A DNA stretch of 64,000 nucleotides, from contig NC_058131.1 in assembly GCF_016433145.1 (NCBI RefSeq), positions 121,827,092 through 121,891,091 on the forward strand, in the 5' to 3' direction. The translations under genes were made by a program, and so were the position numbers. The stretch is from Gracilinanus agilis. Taxonomy: Eukaryota. Numbering within the stretch: the stretch's first letter is position 1; each line of letters opens with the position of its first letter. The notes below the pieces were generated by a model. That model was not told where the DNA came from. It did no database searches and worked only from the letters and a program-made list of their open reading frames with translations. Shown one piece after another: positions 60,090 to 64,000 of the stretch.

Positions 60090-63000
60090 GACTATATCAT
60101 TCCAGTTATGATAATGATATGATGATGATTGACAGTGGGTTAGAGTGCAGGTAAGAAGAGGGAAGTGAATTGAGGACAGGAAAAGTGGATAATAAGGCAT
60201 AAAAGAGAGAAAAGAAATGAATAAATGGAAGGAGAAAAAATAAGGAAAGAAGAAAAAGCAGTATTAAGAGAGATCAAGATAGAAAAAGAAAGAAAAAATG
60301 GAAGGAGAATAGGAAAAATCTCAGGTGTGGAAGATGAAATGAGAAAAATTATGAAAGAGGTGATAGAAAAGGGTAGGAAAAAGAATTGCCATGTATTCTG
60401 GAGTGCCACAATTTAATGCAGAGGGGAAAAAATCTGTCTGAAGGATGAGAGGTCAAACAAGCGTTCATTTCCAGGCAGTCACTTGGTTTTCTGCTGAGAA
60501 GCCCACCAAGGTGTTTGGAGGTCAGAAGACTTATTGCCTGAGTCTCCCACCCCTAGTATTCAGCACACAGTCTATAGACGGTAATGACTTTCAGTCCCTG
60601 GTTAACAAGGCCAGTTTCCAGGCCCCCTCCCTGACCTAGAGGTGAAAAGCTGGCTCCCCCTTGGGCATTTTCACCTTGCAGAATCCAGTCACTGTAGTGT
60701 GCACAGAGGAGGTGGGAGTTTTATGTTACATACTGAGGGCAGATAGGGCAGTACAAAGCACATATTATTCTGACTTCAATCTTAGCTTTTGCTTCACAAA
60801 TCCTGCTTTGAAATCATATACTGGGTTAAAGTTTTATGATGGTTCTTAGGGTGGTTTATGGCTTTGTCAAGGATTATTTCTCTCTTTATTTTACAAAATT
60901 ATCACTGAATTCTATCCCCCCCCCAAAAGGAATAATCTACAAACACGTGTGCAAACATAAACATATGTAGCTGATGTTACCACTACTTGGATTTTATCCC
61001 AGAGCAAATGAAATCAATCCTTCTGCTTTTCCACTCATTTAGTTTTTAATAAAATTTTTAAAAAAGGAAAAATACTGAAAAAGTCATGAAATCCTACACG
61101 TGCAATATTTAATAAAGCTTCTTTTTCCCAGGGCAAGGACTCAGGTTCAATTGTGTCCAAGAGGTGACAGGTTAAAGGCGGTCTGAGTGAGACTGCTAAC
61201 AGCCTTCCCTAACCCACTTATACACCTGCAAGCTGGGTATTTGAGTATTTTTAGTATATAATATTTAATATTTTTAGTATTTAAAGTTATAAGACTTTTT
61301 TGAGTTGAGTTTAGACAACACGGCGAGGAAAGGAATGGTTGAATGGGGAACAGATGAGCTATGAAAGCACATTTTACACTAAGAGGCTGGATTTTTTTTA
61401 AAAGCATAAACATATCTACTTGTATCAAATACGATACACAATTGGATCGAGTATCTTAGAAGAATTCAGTGCTAGGAAAAGGCAAGAGAGTAAGGAGTAA
61501 TGGCTAGAGTACTGGGCTCGGAGTTAAGAAGATATGATTTCAAATTCTGCTTTTGATTTACCAACTGTGTGACCCTGAATAAGTTACTTAAACTCCGAGA
61601 GCCTTAATTTCCACATCTATAATATGGAGATTATAATGCCTATAGTATTTACTTCCTAGGGTTGTTGTGAAGCTCAAAAAACAGAATGTCCCAAAGAGTC
61701 TTATCATGATTTTAAGCTATTAAAGCTTAAAACTTTTGAGATATCCCACATATAAAACACTTTGCAAACCTCCAGCTCCTTTGGATTAGGACCTGGTTCA
61801 TTCTTAGTATTTGCCTCCTTAGTGCTTAGCATAGTACTTGGTGTATAGAAGATGCTTAATAAATGTTTGTTCACTGTTTGGTAGTGGTAGTGGTAGTGGT
61901 GGTGTGGTAGTAGAAGTCAATGTAGTTGTAGTATAAGATATAGTTTCTACCCTCAAGGAGATAGAACACACAGGCACAAAATGAGGTGCATGGCGAATGA
62001 GCATTGGAATGTCCTTTTGCTGGAAGAAGGCGGGAAGAGTGGTACAATAATTAGGGTTCTGTGGCCCTATCATCAAAAGCTCATGGTTCCAAAAAACCTC
62101 CTGTCTCTCTTTTTCACACTCCATTTGGTCATGTAAGGAACTGATTACTTCAAAAGGAAATACTTCACAAAGACAAGACCCCTCGTTCTTTTTGATGTGA
62201 AGAATTAGTTTACAAGGAGACTTCCATTTTTAATGAGGCAATTTCAACTAGTGGAGAGAGTTCTGGAGTCTTTTTTTTTTGGTAGTATAGAGCCTTAAGG
62301 AAAATATTTAGCCATCGTGCATCTCAAAGACTATATTTGTTTTTTAATTAATGACTTTGTTTGTTATGTTAAAATTCCCATACTTATAAAATCAGGAAAA
62401 TAGTCTTTTCCTAAAACTTTTCACCTAGGTCTTGTAATGACCTATCAAACGTCAGTCAAATCCTATGAACATCTCAGTAAATAAAAGCGTAATATAGATT
62501 TATAATGCAACCAGCTCTTGATTTGTTAACAGGAATGATGCCTTGTTTTCAAGTTCTTATTGGCATAATGATCCATCTGTTAATTAATTATCAATAGACA
62601 ATGATGCTTATGAGATTAATAGCCTTTCTATTGCTCCAATGTTCCATAAAACACTAAAAGAACTAAATGGAAATACTAAAAGGAAGGCCTTTGACACAGA
62701 GGGTAGACCCTCAAAGAAAAATTTATGGAAGGGCAAGACAAGAATCATCCAAGACAAGCAAGAAGCTGAATTGTGATCTGTATTGGTGAAGGGAGTACAT
62801 CTTAAAGAATACTAGAATACTTACTTGAAGGAGAGCAAGGAACATATTTTGCTATTTATTCTTTTCTCCTACACAAGACTGCCATATAAACTAAAATATC
62901 TAATGACCTTCTCCTTCTTGCCAACCTCTCGACTATGGAAAATATAAACTACAAGAAATAAATATAAAGGGGGAAAAAAAGCAAGTTCAGCTTAGTTGAA

Positions 63001-63364
63001 TGTCTTTTCTTGGGGATGAAGCTGAGCAGGAAGGAGTTAGACAATTTTCCACAATGTGATATAATTATTTAGTATGAAGGCATTACAAATAGTTATGTGA
63101 ACTAACTCCATATTAAAAGACAAAACTTAAAAGTCCTTTTCAAAATTAACTATGATTATTCCATTATATATTACCGACTCTTTTCACCTCTACCCATCTT
63201 TGAATGTTAAGAATCAATACAATCATTCTTTAACATCCAAGACATCTCCCTCCCAGTAATCTCTGGAGAAATCACGTAATAACCATATTAAAGAATATTT
63301 CCGATAAAAATAGAAATGGTATCAGAGTAAGATGGCTAAAGGATCTTTGAAAGATAGCCTAGAC

Positions 63365-63577
63365 CAGTGTTGGAGAACCTTTTAGAGACCACATGCCCAA
63401 ACTGCACCTTCAAGCCTCACTACCCCACTAGCGGAGGAAGTGAGGAAGTGCTCACACTGGTCTGCTGGACAGAGGGTCAGAGCATGCAAAAAATGTCCTC
63501 AGACACAATGGAGAGGGGGAACAGAGCAGCTACCTTCAGCACACTGGGGCATGGATGCCATGTCTTTGCCAACACAT
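63365..63577 (+). mobile_element. hAT MITE family B (213 bp)
   Basis: Begins CAGTGTTGGAGAACC. TSD GCCTAGAC / TCCTAGAC. Shares CCCAAACTGCACC, GGAAGTG and AAAAATGTCCT with the 59875 copy. Confidence 0.88.
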
Positions 63578-64000
63578 TCCTAGACTTTTCCATACTTCCT
63601 TGCATATTCTGTACATCCCTGAACCTGCTTAAGTATGTATTCAATAATTTTATTCTTAAAGGTGATTGAAAAGCACAAAAAGATGTTAAAGAAAGGAAAA
63701 ACGGTTTGATAAATATATAGCAGTATTTTCTTTTGAAGTAACAACAAAATGAGAACAAGGTGGGTGAACCTTGGGAAAAAGCTAAACAAATTTAGTGGAG
63801 CAATTTTATATAATTAAAATAAATGTAATTCAGAAAAATGTGAAATGTATATGAATTGATGCAAAGTTAAATACAAACCAAAGAACAACATCTATAAAAG
63901 CTATAATATAAATTTTAAAAAACACTGGAAGGAAATTAACCTTAAAATAATTGTGACAACCAATGAAATTAATAATGAAATATGTCTCCCTCTTCTTGTC

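Noticed and set aside
60140-60416. Hydrophobic and Lys/Glu-rich ORFs on opposite strands
   Set aside because: Artefact of a purine-rich low-complexity tract.
1-64000. CRISPR array, operons, rRNA
   Set aside because: No regularly spaced repeat-spacer array or rRNA similarity; the sequence is mammalian.

Overview
AT-rich, repeat-dense marsupial genomic DNA. The SINE-1-type, MAR1-type, RTE/BovB and OC1-type repeats point to Monodelphis-like opossum sequence (inferred from recalled repeat families, not from a search). I could not recognise any host protein-coding gene, and almost all ORFs in the track are chance, low-complexity, gap-spanning or transposon remnants. Main structures: (1) a complete 4.66-kb hAT/Charlie transposon (21221-25884) with TIRs, a perfect 8-bp TSD, a disabled transposase and a nested solo LTR; (2) a 3.95-kb two-LTR class I ERV on the minus strand (28434-32382) with a 4-bp TSD, tRNA-Arg PBS, broken gag with an Asn-rich tail, most of pol deleted and no env; (3) five hAT MITEs of two families; (4) BovB-like RTE, L1, L2, MIR and SINE copies plus a decayed 7SL copy. 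Structure not explained by repeat annotation: three fold-back inverted duplications (43, 59 and 87 bp arms), a diverged duplicated non-coding element (about 49.8 kb and 53.2 kb), a perfect DR4 element and a few splice-site-bounded exon or microexon candidates. There are two N-gaps. I found no clear new biological system; the duplicated element and the 87-bp hairpin are the best leads.
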